Assembly (NCBI RefSeq): GCF_009914755.1
Contig: NC_060931.1
Direction: 5' to 3' (one strand)
Source: the human T2T-CHM13v2.0 reference genome, Homo sapiens
Length of the DNA: 64,000 bases
Shown: positions 28,666 through 43,459 of the stretch, in pieces
How the letters are laid out: each line of letters opens with the position of its first letter
How positions within the stretch are numbered: the first letter of the stretch is position 1
Notes under the pieces: generated by a model
Databases searched by the model: none
The model's input: the letters and a program-made list of their open reading frames with translations, nothing else
What the model was told of the DNA's origin: nothing
Position numbers and translations under genes: made by a program

Positions 28666-28793
28666 AGAAAAACTGAGGCCCAGACAGAGCTACTCAAGAT
28701 GGCTCTGTGCCCTAGTGATATAATAAATTAGAAAAACTGAGGCCCAGACAGAGCTACTCAGGATGGCTCAGCTCCCTAGTGATAGAATAAACT
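28666..28793. repeat. 64-bp tandem duplication (2 copies, 6 mismatches)
   Basis: agaaaaactgaggcccagacagagctactca(a/g)gatggctc...ccctagtgata(t/g)aataaa(t/c)t repeated with period 64. Confidence 0.95.
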
Positions 28794-29487
28794 AGAAAGA
28801 TGAAACTAGAAATATGTTCCTGTTGCTGCCTGCAGCCTCCTCTCCTTAGACGATGCTGCCCCCTTTTGAAAGGCTTTACAACTTTTTTTTTTTTTTTTAA
28901 GGCTTTGTTAAAGAATCGAGTGGGAGGGAAGATTCCAGAACCTGTTATCCACACTGGCTTTTCTTCAGATACAGGTGTTGACAGGACTCAAGGCAGAACA
29001 ATGTGACATAAACCAGATGAGGCGAACGGGCACTCCCTGGGGTCTGTTGGGCAGAGCAGCTCAGGTCTGTCAAAGCTCCTGGTGAGGTGAGAATGGGGAG
29101 AATGCTGCTTCTCATCTGTGGTGGCTGGCACAGTCTTGGGTAAGGGCAAGGCCAACTTTCCTTCCCAAGAGGGTGTTCTCTGTCTTTGTCTTTGCATTTC
29201 CTTATCCTCAGGGCACAGCCTTCCTGACAGACACTCCTTAAGCTGAATCCCTGAGCCAAATCCTGAGCTGTCTTCTGGCATCCTGGAAATCCTGCACTGA
29301 TTCCGAGGAAGCGGCAAAGAAAGAACCATGAAGCATGCCAGCTTCATGTGAACTGATCACCATGAATGGGCAGGACAATGGAACTTAGGAATCTCATTTC
29401 TAGAGGGTGAGGCGAGTAGGAAATGATCGCTCTTTTTTGGCCAAGTACCCCATGGAATGCCTGGGGGATGGCATTTTAAGTATTTAG

Positions 29488-29928
<441 letters not shown>

Positions 29929-31228
29929 AGCTGGTATTTTATTTTCCCTTAACATAACTGGAAGACATGATTGAAGGTGAGCTATCAGACAGTATTTCAG
30001 TCTTATGAAGCAGGACCATCTGCCAGGCATTTGAATGTTTAGAATGCTTAACAATGACAATTTCAGAAAGGCAGAAGTTTCTGAAAAGCTTGTAAATTAA
30101 AAGGAAATGAGCCCCGGGGTGCTTCAAAGATGGATGACATGCGATGTGTGTCCTCAGGCAGGCAGGATCCTGTGACAGTGGCCACAGCAGACCGCAGAAG
30201 CTCATTTCCAGCCAAGCCAGGGGGAGGGAGAGATGCAGTGCATGGTGCAAACTTCATCAGGGCAGGTGGAGGAGGAAAAGTAAGAGGAAGGGCATCAAAG
30301 GGGAAGGATAAGGCAAGAGAATGTTATGAAAAGTTAAGTCATAATGTGCAGCATAGTGACTGACCAGAATTAAAAAGCAAGGAGTGGGGGCTTGGCAGCA
30401 GCAGAGAAGAGCATCAGGGAAAGGATGTTCACAGGGCATGCCTCAATCTGCATGCGTGTGTGTGTGTCTGTGTGACTGCTTGCGGTCAGATGCGAGATTT
30501 CAGCTGAGGCAAACTCAATTAGATACAGTTTCAGGGAAAAATGAGGTTCCAACTTATAAAAATAATACAATCCTAATGAAAAAGGGAAGGTTTTTCCCTC
30601 TCAAATGCACATGTAAAATTTGCCATAATTTATGTGGTGACACATTTTGAATAACTGACTTATAAGTTCAGTTTTCTATACTTCATCAAGAGTGATACTT
30701 TATGTGTAGCCCTCCTCCAGATAAATGGATTTCTCCAAACGAAACCAAGTATTTCGTGTTAAGTGGGCATTCTGTTAATGAGCATTTTAATAATACCATG
30801 GACTAGATCAGGAAAGGAATGAGAAACTCGGCTGTAGATGTGCATGGGGCAGGTCTGGGTGCCGACTGAAAGGGCACCACTACAGGACACAGAAACAAAA
30901 CAAAAAAGGGAACAATTCCTGTGCAATAAATATGATTGTTTCTAAAACGTGTACCAAATCAGGAAGGCTTCCCTGTAACTCCAGGTAACTGAGTCATGAG
31001 TGGAGGAAAAAAGCTGATCAGATTTCTTCCTTGGCAAAACTTCTTTTCAAGAAAAGTAGGATTTATTTTTTAAGAAGCAGGAAAAGTAGCTGTGTGGTTC
31101 AAGAGCCTCTCTTCTGGGGGAGCAGACTAATTCTCTGATGCACTGTTTATAATGTTGCCCTCTCTAATCTTCTAAGGGACTTACCATTCATCACTACCTA
31201 TATGTAGCATGCTATAGAAGAGGGTTAA

Positions 31229-31362
31229 GAGGGTGGCCACATAATTTATTATCCAAAATAGAACTATTTTTCAAGTGATCTAAAGTAAGCCTAATGGGAA
31301 AGAATGCAGTGACATCAGCATTGCTGGGACTGTCCCAGGCTAGCAGAAGTGTGGTCTCTCCA
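31229..31362. mobile_element. MER94-like hAT-Blackjack MITE
   Basis: gagggtggccacataatttattatccaaa...gggactgtcccaggc. Confidence 0.55.
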
Positions 31363-31479
31363 CCTGGGCGGCATGTGAGCTGACACCTGCCAGGTGCAAA
31401 GAGAACAACTAAGCCGGTTAGGGAGGAAATCTAAACTCCAGGCTCAGAAAATGGTGATAGATTCGTGTGCAGACATGTA

Positions 31480-31650
31480 TTTTACATATATGAACCCACT
31501 TGACCCTCATACCAGCTCTATAGGAAGGTAATTACATGGTCCTCATTTCACAGCTAAGGAAACTCAGGTACAGCGAGTTACTGGTTGCCCAAGGTCACAC
31601 ACTAGGAAGTGGTGGAGCCAGACAGGCTGGCTCTGGGGCAGAGGTTCGAA
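31480..31650 (-). mobile_element. MIR
   Basis: cctcatttcacagctaaggaaactcagg...ttgcccaaggtcacacactaggaagtggtggagcc. Confidence 0.75.
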
Positions 31651-32271
31651 AACTCAGCTGCACGGAACTCCCTGGAGCTTTAATGATGCACACACCCAGG
31701 CTGCACACCAATCCAAGCATATCCGAAACCCCGGAGCCAGATCAAGCATTGGCTGTTTTCCTTTTTTAAATTATGATAACAAAATGTGTGTAATAACATA
31801 AAATTAACCGTGTTAGCCATTTTAAAGCATACAATCCGTGGTGTTAAGTACATTGACACTATCATCCAGACATCACCACTATCTAGTTTCAGAATGTTTT
31901 CATCATCCCAAAAGGAGACCTTGTACCCATTAAGCAGACACTCCCCAATCCCCTTTCCCCACCCCAGTCCTGGACAAACCCCAGTTTGCTTTTAGACTCT
32001 ATGGATTTACCTGTTCCATATGTTTCATATAAATGAAATCAAACAATATATGATCTTTGTGTTTGGCTTTCACTTAGCATAATGTTTTGAAGGTTTGCTC
32101 ACATTGCAGCATGCATCAGTATTTCATTCCTTGTTAAGGCCGAATGTTTGATGTATATACCACATTCTTATCCACTCATCTGTTCATGGGCATTAGAATT
32201 GTTTCTACTTTTTGGCTACTGTGAACAGAGCTGCTACAAGCATTTGTGTACTATTCACTTGTTTTTAATTC

Positions 32272-32926
<655 letters not shown>

Positions 32927-34696
32927 TGTTATTCCTCTGTTTAACTTACTGAGGAACAGCCAAAGTGCTTTCCACAGTGGCTGTACCATTTTACATTCTC
33001 ACCAGCAATGAACAAGGGTTCCAGTTTATCCACGTCCTGGCCAACATTTGTTTTCCTTTTGTTTGAACAGCCGTCTTTCGTGTGTGTGAAGCGGTGTCTC
33101 ACTATGGTTTTGAACTGCACTTCCCCCACTACTAATGAGGTGGAGGCATCTTTCCGTTTGTTTACTCCCACTAGGCATCTGTGTTTGGGAATCAAGAGTG
33201 GGCCCCACCGCTCTCACCTTTGCTCCTGACCATCACAGCACACTGCCCAGGCTGGAGGTGGCTCATTTTTATTCTCTCTTAAGGAACAGTGCCTTAGAGC
33301 ATCAGCCATCAATATTTTTACTGGCCCCAAGCCCCATGATTTCATATGCATGGGTTTCACATGCAAGGTGCCAGCCTCTGAGCAGCATCTGTGCAAGAGC
33401 TGCAACTCCATCCTTCTGTCTTCTTCAAAAAGTGTATCAGAGAGGGAATAATCATGTTTTCCAGGTGAAACTGAATGGCTTTTGTCTGTTTAAGTAAATC
33501 ACTCACAAATTTGGGTACTCTATTATTAATTAACAAATAATTAATCAGCCCCTCCTTGGGGCTCCCTTGCCACCTCCTTTTAGAATTGCTGCAAAGCATA
33601 ACGGCTGGTCAAGTGCACATCCCCATGACTGCAGGGAGGGGCTGCCAGGCATACTCATCTCAAGGTCACCCATGAAGTTCACCTTCAAAGCGATCGGCAG
33701 TTTCCTTGAGGTTCTCTTGGTAATCTTGTCATTTAACCTCAGTCCTTTCCTATTTTCTAGCATGACCTGTGGGACTCAGATTCTGTAGCGCTTCTGCCAT
33801 GCCCCACTCCGTTCTCCCATTAAGATATTATCTCTTGTTGGAAATAAAAAGAGGAGACAGAGGAAGGTGACCGCTGTGGAGCTGCTAGTGCAGGAATGTG
33901 GGGGCGGGGGGAGGGGGGCAATAGCCCAGATTTCTAGGAAGCTGGGAGAGTTAGAAATAAGGCCTGATGAAGAGCTGTGCATTTTCTCATATAAAGGCAG
34001 GTGGTGCAGAGGGGGAGTCGCAAGGAATACGGGATATTCCCTCACTTCTTTCCAACTCAAGATGAGCAGGTCAGAGCAGTCAGGAGGAAAACCCAAGACC
34101 TACAAAAGTTACTTAATAGGAGGGCTGTGATCCATTGGGAAGTTGGAGAGCAGATACGGCTGCTGATCCCCTGGCAGCCCCAGGAGGGGTGTGACATTCT
34201 CAGCTCCCCACCTTGGGCATGGTGATGGGGAGCCAGCAGGGGGTTGCTCATTAACCTGCAGGAAGTGTTCTGCAGGCCAGGGTCCCTGCATAGGGACAGC
34301 AGAAGGCACTGCAGAGGGGAGGGGAATGGCTTTCCTCTCAGAATCCAGTCAGGACTCCGCAGCCCTGGGGCAGCTGTGACCTCCAAGCTGTGTCAGCCCT
34401 GGACTTGCATGTGGCTGGGTGTGGCCTTCCCTCTCTAGAGAACAGCTGGGAGCCAGCGCACTGAGAACCTGCCCATGGCCATCCACTAAGCCCTTCCTTG
34501 TCCTAGCTCACAAAAAGGTCCCTCAGCCTTGTATGGGTCACATTTGTTAGAAATGCTTGTTACTTGGTGCTGTAAAGAAATAGCACTTGAACATAAATTT
34601 AATTTTCTCAGCAAGGTCATTTTTACTTTCTGCAGAAAGGGTACACTCACCAGCAGTTTTGCCAGGAGAGTACACCGAACAAAGGAGACAGGGTCA

Positions 34697-34783
34697 TTTA
34701 TAACCTGACGCGTTCACCTTACTGCTGTATCTGGTTTCCACTGGCCAGAACAGGACCTCGCTTTCTGTATTTGTCCTGATTGG
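34697..34783 (-). promoter_or_regulatory. LTR promoter core (CCAAT and TATA)
   Basis: Minus-strand CCAAT at 34779-34783 and TATAAA at 34697-34702; ATTAAA polyA-type signal at 34598-34603. Confidence 0.55.
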
Positions 34784-34919
34784 CTAGCAACTTAGAACTT
34801 TTTAAAAGAGCAAAGGTAGAGGAGAACAAAGGGAGGAGGAAGTAACTTGTGGAATGCTGAGAAAGGTGAAAACACCTCCAAATAAGGAAGAGGAATAGGC
34901 TATGACCTAACGCCCGCTT

Positions 34920-34949
34920 GGACTAGTATAAGCATGCCAGGGCAAATAT
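34920..34949. promoter_or_regulatory. p53-type response element in the LTR10
   Basis: GGACTAGTAT AAGCATGCCA (two RRRCWWGYYY half-sites, 0 spacer, intact CWWG cores, one mismatch each) plus a degenerate third half-site GGGCAAATAT. Confidence 0.6.
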
Positions 34950-34990
34950 TTAGGCGAAATTGCGGGACCTAAGAACATAAAGTACGTTGA

Positions 34991-35309
34991 TTTTTCTTTT
35001 CTTTTTTTTTTTTTTTGATACAGAGTCTCACTCTGTCATCCAGGCTGGAGTGCAGTGGCGCGATCTCGGCTCACTGCAAGCTCCGCCTCCCAGGTTCACA
35101 CTAGTCTCCTGCCTCAGCCTCCCAAGTAGCTGGGAATACAGGCACCCGCCACCACACCCAGCTAAGTTTTTTGCATTTTTATTTTATTTTTAGTATAGAC
35201 GGGGTTTTACCGTGTTAGCCAGGATGGTCACGATCTCCGGATCTCGTGATCCGCCCACCTTGGCCTCCGAAAGTGCTGGGATTACAGGTGTGAGCCACCA
35301 CACCCAGCC
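34991..35309 (-). mobile_element. AluY inserted in LTR10 U3
   Basis: Diagnostic cactgcaagctccgcctcc, accgtgttagccaggatgg and ctcgtgatccgccc; TSD ac(g/a)ttgattt. Confidence 0.92.
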
Positions 35310-36851
35310 ACATTGATTTATTACGGCTAGCAGATATTTAAGAATGTTAGCACAGGTCTTTGAATAAATATTGCTTCTAAGAGAAGTTACTATTTATTCC
35401 TAATTAGACGGAGAGGAGAGTCTCTTTGAAGAGGAACCTCTATTTTACTATTTACACGTTTGTGCACAGGGCAGGTGGGAGGCAGCCAGAGTGACTGGGG
35501 GGTGGGCTACAAAGGGAAGGGGACCCATTTCCCCTCATCTTCCCTCGCTTTGTCTTTCTCTCACAGCTCACGCTCCACCTCAGCTCCTGTTAGATTCTCT
35601 TTTGGTTGGTTTCTAAGGTACAACTCTACTGGCTTTTAAGCAAAACTATAGGTGCTATTCAATGTCTCCCTCTCCCCAAGTTGCAGGTACCCCTCAGCGG
35701 CCCACTGGGTCCTGTTGCCCTCCATCTTCTCTCTGACACAGCGGCTTCCAAGGCCTTGGCCCATGGATGCTGTCCATGTCGCTAAGGTCTTGTCCTGGCC
35801 CCTCTCCTGCCTAGCTGCCATAAATGCCCTTGACTTACTCCCAAATTTTCTTGACTTTCCGTGGCTCATTCCTGAATTTCCTTAGCTCCCTTTCCTGGGA
35901 ATCCTACCAACTGGAAATGCATATCCCTCCATGACCATGGCTCTTGGCATTCTGACCTCACCTGTCTGAGATCCACTCCCCTGAATACCCCTTCAGAGCC
36001 AGGCCAAGGTGTGGGAAGGGAGGTGGGGTGCTGGCAGCGGGGGCTGTAGCAGAGGCAAGCCAGGGCTGGCCATTCAGACACCCCCCGGAGGACCACTGCT
36101 CCAGGCATCCCCAACCCCCCTTATCATTTACTCTGTGTGTGTGTAAACATGTATACACATATATAACTTCACCCCACCACAAAAAAATCTCTTATCTTTG
36201 TAAACACTCGAGCCCACAATTCCAATTTTAATACAGGGACCACACCTCCCTATTTCTGGGTGGTGTGGTTTTCCAAGTTCCTGAGACATCCTCTATGTCA
36301 AGGTTTGCTATAAACCCCAAGCCCGAAGGGGCATTTATCTTCCCCATATGGCCCCACAGCTACACTGCTCTGCTGCTTGGCTTGATTTTGTTTCCATTTC
36401 TGTGAGGCAATGTGAAGTGCAAGTGTCTGTCACTTCTCATGAACAGAGTCATCTCCTGATGCTTGCCGGAGGGCTGCAGACACCCATTTTCTGAATACCA
36501 CAGGGGCACATCACTTCTCCTGAAAGGACAGGAACTGGCGTCTGTGGTGCTTTCCCCACCTGTGGTCAAAGACAGGTCTGTCCAGGCTCCAGGCTTCCTC
36601 CCCAGTCACACTTTCTTCAAGGGCCATGTGTTCCTGAACCTATCTTCACACTACAAGCAAAACCCCATCCCTACTTTGTCTACAATTTTATCTCCCACTT
36701 TCTGAGCAACTTTTAAACTGGCTGGTACACTTGCAAAAATAAGCAAATAAACTGATTTTCTCATTGCTTTTAGAGTGTTTGGTGAACTTACTCTTACATG
36801 GATTTAACCCAGTTCCAAATTTATTATTTCACTATTTGTCTCAGAATGTCT

Positions 36852-37173
36852 TTTTGTTTTGTATTTTGTTTTTGAGACAGAGTCTCACTGTGTCGCCCAG
36901 GCTGGAGTGCAGTGGCGCAACCTCAGCTCACTGCTACCTCCTCCTCCCAAGTTCGAGAGATTCTCCTGCCTCAGCCTCTGAGTAGCTGGGATTACATGTG
37001 CCCACCACCACGCCTGGCTAATTATTGTATTCTTCGTAGAGCTGCGGTTTCAGCATCTTTGTAAATAGCACCTTTGTTGGCCAGGCTGGTCTTGAACTCC
37101 TGACCTCAGGTGATCCGCCCACCTCAGCCTCCGAAAGTGCTGGGATTACAGGCATGAGCCACTGCAACCAGCC
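36852..37173 (-). mobile_element. AluS with a short internal insertion
   Basis: TSD cagaatgtct; extra sequence within 37052-37077. Confidence 0.93.
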
Positions 37174-40100
37174 CAGAATGTCTAAAATAAGAATACAAAA
37201 ATGATCACTTCCTTTGGAACTTCTCATGTTTTCTTTACTTCCATTAAACCCTGGCAGCTGGCATTTTCCAGGGAGATACTTCCAGGCATGCATGCACAAG
37301 TTCTCATACAGAAAACAAGGTAAGTCTCCCTTCCACAGAAAACACACACACAAAAAACACTGCAAGGGGAAGGGAGAGGAGCCGAGCCCCTCTGAGCTAC
37401 AGAACGATGGGTACACCTTGGGCTCACTCATCAGCTAAGTGACTTGTGTATCCCAGAAGTGCCTTAGCAGAGTAGCCCAACCTTCTGGTCCACTACAGTC
37501 TCTGATAGTCCAGTGTCTACTGCTCTTACTCAGAAGGCCTGCAGCCTAGACAGCTTCCTACATTTCTGATAGTGCTCATGATTGAACGTAGGTGTTAGGA
37601 AAGGAAGAGAAGTCACTCGGCATGCCTCTCATACTCATCCCACACCAAGAGAGACATCACTAGTCAACCCCAGCAACCTTCTCCATTCAGTGTTTCAGGA
37701 AGCTCCCCCAATACACAGAGCTGCCGTGAATCATCATCATTATTATTACATGGCTATACTCCTCTTCTCACATTTTGATTGTCCTCAACATAAATGGCAA
37801 CATTTCTCTTGGTTTCCTGGAGAAACTATGGGAGTCAGGCAATTCTCCAATCCTCCAGGAGAAAACAGAAACTATAACTGACCTTCTTTCAGCCTACAGC
37901 AATGAGACCAGGTTGACACAACTACTTCGCCACTTTCAGTAGATGATTCTAGTTGAGTTCATTGTCCAGATGAAGACCACCTATGGCTGCTCAAGATTGG
38001 GCAGAGACCACAGGCTGCACAACTCAAAGGGAAGTGTCTGCTTCTGGCCAAGAGGTACTAGATCTTGGGGAGAGTGCTCTATTTTTCTTAGCACAAAATT
38101 ATAGCTGGGATGTCATGTTCTTACCCAGATATGGGCCCACGCTTAAACTCTTTTCAGATGCTCAGTTGGTTCTTTCTAGTCGCAGAGAGCCCCTTCTTCA
38201 GGAGCAAGAGTCACCTGCCCCCCTCCCCGCCCCAAATCAGCACTGACAACTCCTCCCAATATTGTTCTGACCTCTGACCATGGTCAGGGCAAGAAAATGA
38301 GTCAGTAAGCACCCTGTGCTTGCATGAAGCAGACAAAAACACAGCTCTTTCAGATGTGGATCTTTCTGCCACTGAAAATCCTCGGCTCTTTCCCATACTA
38401 TTGTCAAATCCTATCTCAGTTCAGCTGCTGTACATAGGCAAACATTTTCAGCCTTGATGCACTGATTTATGTTCAAGTCCTCTGGCCTTGCATCACAGGC
38501 AACTAAGATCTGTATAAACGCTGTATGTCAGCTCAGCAGCTATCCCACCCAGTTCTGCTTTATCTACAACCTGCGGCCTGGAAGTATGTTGAGTTCCCGT
38601 GCCCTGGGATGCAAGTGGACATCTCTCCTCTAGGCTTTCACAGATCAGGAAAAAATGCCCACTGGAAGAAATCTGCCCCCACTCTGGCGTCGCACCTGCC
38701 CTTCCAGAGTCTCCCCATAAGATATTAACAAGTGACTGGTGTGGCTAAGAATGTAGAAGAAGGTGAAAAACTAACGTTCTGATTTTTTAAAAAAGAGATT
38801 TGAGCCTTGTTAACCATTCAGAGTATATCCTTCATGACCTGGTAGCTTCACAAAAGCATACAAAGAGAGGCGGAATAAACATTTAGGGTAATTACAGCTG
38901 GCCTGCATCAAAGTCCAGTAAGCCCTGTAATTTCCTGGTCAAGAGGAAGCTCAGGCTTTAGGACAAACTGAAAAACAATCATACCAGCAAATACTAAAAG
39001 GAATATTTCCCAGCTTCCTTGGTTAGGACAGAGCTTTGAATCATTTCTTCAAGAGCAGAAAGGGCTCTGTGTGCCTGGCTCAGGCTAGACACACAGCGTC
39101 CTCCTGGGAGACCCCACGGACAAGCCAGGGTCGCCCACCAGCTGTTCACCAATGGCCAGCACCCTCAGCCGCCTGTGGCCATTCCTTAACTCAGTGTATT
39201 AGCAAAACATCTCTTTAATGATCTGATTTTGGCTTAATAGCCATTTCCTGCTCACAAATCATATGATCTCAGGACAAACTCTGCTCTTATTCAAAAAGTC
39301 ACACTTTGTGATGCACACATTCCATAACGATGCCTTAAAGGTTTAAGGACTATGGCATTACAGGAAAGTGCCAAGATAGACTAATACTCCAAGACCAGAA
39401 AAGGAACACTCTGGCTACGCACAAGGGACAGGCCCAAGACAAATGAGCAGAGATGACCAGCGCTCCAGAGACAGCTGTTCAATTCTGATTTAAGGTAAGA
39501 CAAAATTTAGGAAGAGGGGACCATTTAACCATAAGTCAAATAAAAATCAATTATTTTGCAATACTAGGAAAGTTCTCACATCTGTAGCTTGTTTCTTAGC
39601 TACCCTGAATCCCACTCCAGTCAAATTTAGTTGGTACCATGGTTCACTTTTGTCCCATCCTCCTAAGCCTCATGAAACCCCCAAGCTGCCGACTCCCACA
39701 TTTACATTTACAGGGCTGATTGCATTTTTATAGAAACCATCTCTGTCCAGCCCCTTCTGTTGGCACATTTGTCAGACCTAAAGCAAGAGAAAAAAATGGC
39801 AATAAGCTATTAACATTTTCAAGGTTTCCCAGGTATTCTTCTCCTTCAGTTAAATCCACTGCTGTGAGCTTTCTCTGTTGCTTCCTACAACCCTACCTAT
39901 GTTTTCTGTTGCTAAGAGTTGGCAAAGGCAGAAAATAATTCCAAAACTAAAAGTGGTTTCATATACAAGTTAATTGACAATATAAACAGGCTTGAAAGCA
40001 GCATCTTTTCTCATCCTTGTTGTATGATTTGTCTGGTGGATTCAGGGCCCTGTTGGGGCAGAGGCTGGCGATGGTCTTAGGGACATTTCTGTTTCTCATG

Positions 40101-42555
40101 CCTGAATGGGAATGCTCCAACGGTTCAGCCCAGGCATTCTCTAACTTAGATCTGCCATCCATGGCCCCCAGATCAAGAATCCTCTGAAAGAGCAAGCAAT
40201 GAACTGAACCAAACCACAATCCTTTGTTATGAAGATTTTCATTTTTACATATGGCTAAGAGCTACTTATCACTAGCCTACTATTGTATATCGTAAGGTTA
40301 AATTCATACATAGTTAGAATTTACTCTGGATTCTAATTTTGTCCTCTTCTGTGGGTCCCAGCTGCCATGGGGGATTGTAAAGATCTTATCAAATGTGTGC
40401 ACACTCCGGTGAGAAGCTCATAGCATAAAAAAAAGATACTTTTTTATTAGCACATCACTGGCATCATACAAAAGTTGGTCTTAGGCTTTAAAATGCTATG
40501 ACTCTTGTTTCTCAATAATATAGTACTGTTAATTTTGCTTTATTGTTACCAATTAATTATTACTGATAATTAAAGATATCTAGCTAATAATTAAGATGGT
40601 TAGCAAATAATTTTAAAATAACTAGAATAAAGTAAAAACAAGAAGTCATCCCTATTCTATGCTAAAAAGCAACCATAAATGTAATCATTCCTAATGCATT
40701 TGTATATTAATGTTTCATTACTGAGAAGCTGCCTGCAGGTATGTGTTATTTAAATAACATTGCTGAAGATTTCATTGTGACTGCTATTTGCTGTGAACAG
40801 CATGCTCCGTGACCTACAATCTCATAGATAGGCTTCTCTTCTCTTCTTTTACACAGTAGATGGGCAATATGACTGCTGATAGCCAGTGAACTCACACGAC
40901 TTCTTTACATCCTTCCCTTCCTTGTCATCAAGGAAATGGGGACAAGACCATGGAAGCTGCTGTGGTAAGGAGGCCGCAGGGTCTCTGGCCCTGCTTGGTG
41001 GGTAACGTCAGGACAGCCAGCTGAGTAGCACCTCTATTCTCCCTTTCAGTGATTCCAATATCAGTGCTGTCACGCAGCGGCCAGCTAACGTTTTTATTTC
41101 CCAGACTCCTTTGCAGCAATATAGAGCCATGTCCTTAAGTTCTCGCCAATAAAATGAGACTGGATGGGAGGTACATGTAACTTCCAGACTGGCCTGTAGA
41201 GACCTCACAGATGTGTCCTTCCATGGCGTCCCCTCCAACTGATGGAGAAGCAGATGGCCGTGTTCATCGTGGAGGCCCGTGTCGCTGAAAGATGAGTGCC
41301 TCCAACCTTGGCAGATGCAACCTTCCAAGTACCCTGAGAGTCACCAACAGCCTCTGAATCCAAGCTTCTGAATTCTGGGGATTTCCTTTATGAGAGCAGC
41401 TTAGCCCAGGCTTACTAACATGTTGGCCACAGTCAAGGGAGTCAGAGTTCCATGCATATTCTCCACACATAGAAGGAAGCCAGAGGAAAAACCATGAGGG
41501 TGGTTTTAAGCTACAGCCCTAAGGCTGGCTGCTGGACCTCATAAGAACAGGCACAGACCAATGTGCTATGAGCGCAAACTGAAGCAGAGAACATGGTCAG
41601 GGCACGGAGGGCCAAGGCACAAAGGGGCTTTGAGAGGCTTAGAGCAAGGGTGCCACAGAGCTGACATCACTCACAGTTCCATGGGAGCAAATAGGATTCT
41701 AATGGAGGCAGCAAATCCTGATCTGGGGCATGACTGTACTTCAATAAAACAATAGATGTCATTATATCCCAGCAAAAGCATTAAAATGAGGCTTCTCTTT
41801 CATCAGCCTCTGTACGAATAACTCCCGGTGGGATGTGGGCACCTCCCCTCCTCTCTGAGAATCCGTGGCTGGGCCATGGGTATCATTAGGGTCTGCGTCA
41901 CTGGCACACATCCCAATCCCAACCTAAAGGTGTGGAGCCAGCAGGTAAGAGGAGAGGAATGGGCATGGGCAATTTTCACAAAACACTCAAGAAAATATCA
42001 TTCAAAATCTCTGCATCAAAATTGAGAGTTCTGGGCAACCAGGCCATCTGCTTCAGCATTCACCATTTTCCTTTTTCCGTGTGTAACTTTTGCTTACACT
42101 ACTGGAGACTGTCTCTGACATGGGATATAAAGTATTAACAAACTGCGCCAGAGATCAATTCTCATTGGCTATACTTCTGACCAAAGCAGGCATGCGTTCA
42201 ATGAACACATCTAAGTTCCTACTCTTGTTTCCAGGCACTGCATTAGTTGAACAATCAGAAATAATAGCAATAATATTAATAATAAATGACTCTGTCCTCA
42301 TAGAGCTTAAATTCACTTCACCTGTTTGCTTCCAATTAACTCCAATGTTTTAACAAAATTCAGCTATAAATGGTTGTTGAGGTCAGAAGATAACCTCTGG
42401 AAGAAGGGGCAGAAATGGTTTTGGACACAGCCAAACCAATTACCAATATATGGCTGCAAAGACAGGATCAGAAGCCACTCTGCCTGGGACATAAAATATG
42501 CAATATTTAGGACAATAAAGAGTTTTACTTGGTAATAGAAAGACTGTACAGTTCC

Positions 42556-42881
<326 letters not shown>

Positions 42882-43439
42882 CTATATAGCCCTGGTTTCA
42901 TTTCTACAGATTTCAACTCCCCTAACCATAAATGAAGGAACACTCAGAAGCTCTACACCTATGGGGTAGTGTGTGTTAAACAGAGTGGTATCCAAGTCAG
43001 TAAACCTAAACAGAAAAACGTTATCTGCTCAGGACTATTTAAGCCCTCCTGTGTGAATTGCTTAGAACTGACCTGAAGCATCTACTCTAGGTCCCATTGT
43101 GATGGTTCTTACGGAAGGGAGCCTGCATCATCAGTAATGAAAATATCAACATTGACTTCTGCCAATCTCCATGCAACCAAGCAAAACACAGAGAGATCAA
43201 GGAAATTCAAATGCAACTGGGAATCATAGTTTCTCCATAAACCACTGTATTTTCAAAGAAATAAGCTTCATAAACACCTGTATTTATAATTTGCTTATAG
43301 TTTTTGCTATAAAGCTAGAAAATCATCCAGACGACATAGAACAGAAATTCATTGTGCTAAAAGAAAACAAATATCAAAGACAGTCCACTTAGGATATATC
43401 ACTAAATGTTGATTTTTGTAGTTCAACCAAAATACTCTG

Positions 43440-43459
43440 CACACACACACACACACACA
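43440..43459. repeat. (CA)10
   Basis: Direct read. Confidence 0.95.

Larger units (their letters stand above)
34545..35456 (-). mobile_element. ERV1 solo LTR, LTR10 family (LTR10C-like), interrupted by AluY
   Basis: Minus strand begins tgtaaatagtaaaatagaggttcctcttcaaaga and ends ...aagcatttctaaca; TG..CA termini; 4-bp TSD catt/cgtt; about 585 bp without the Alu. Confidence 0.85.

Noticed and set aside
40950-41430. Possible old MLT1 LTR
   Set aside because: Only a short motif (tttcccagactcctttgcagc) is recognisable; the boundaries are unsupported.
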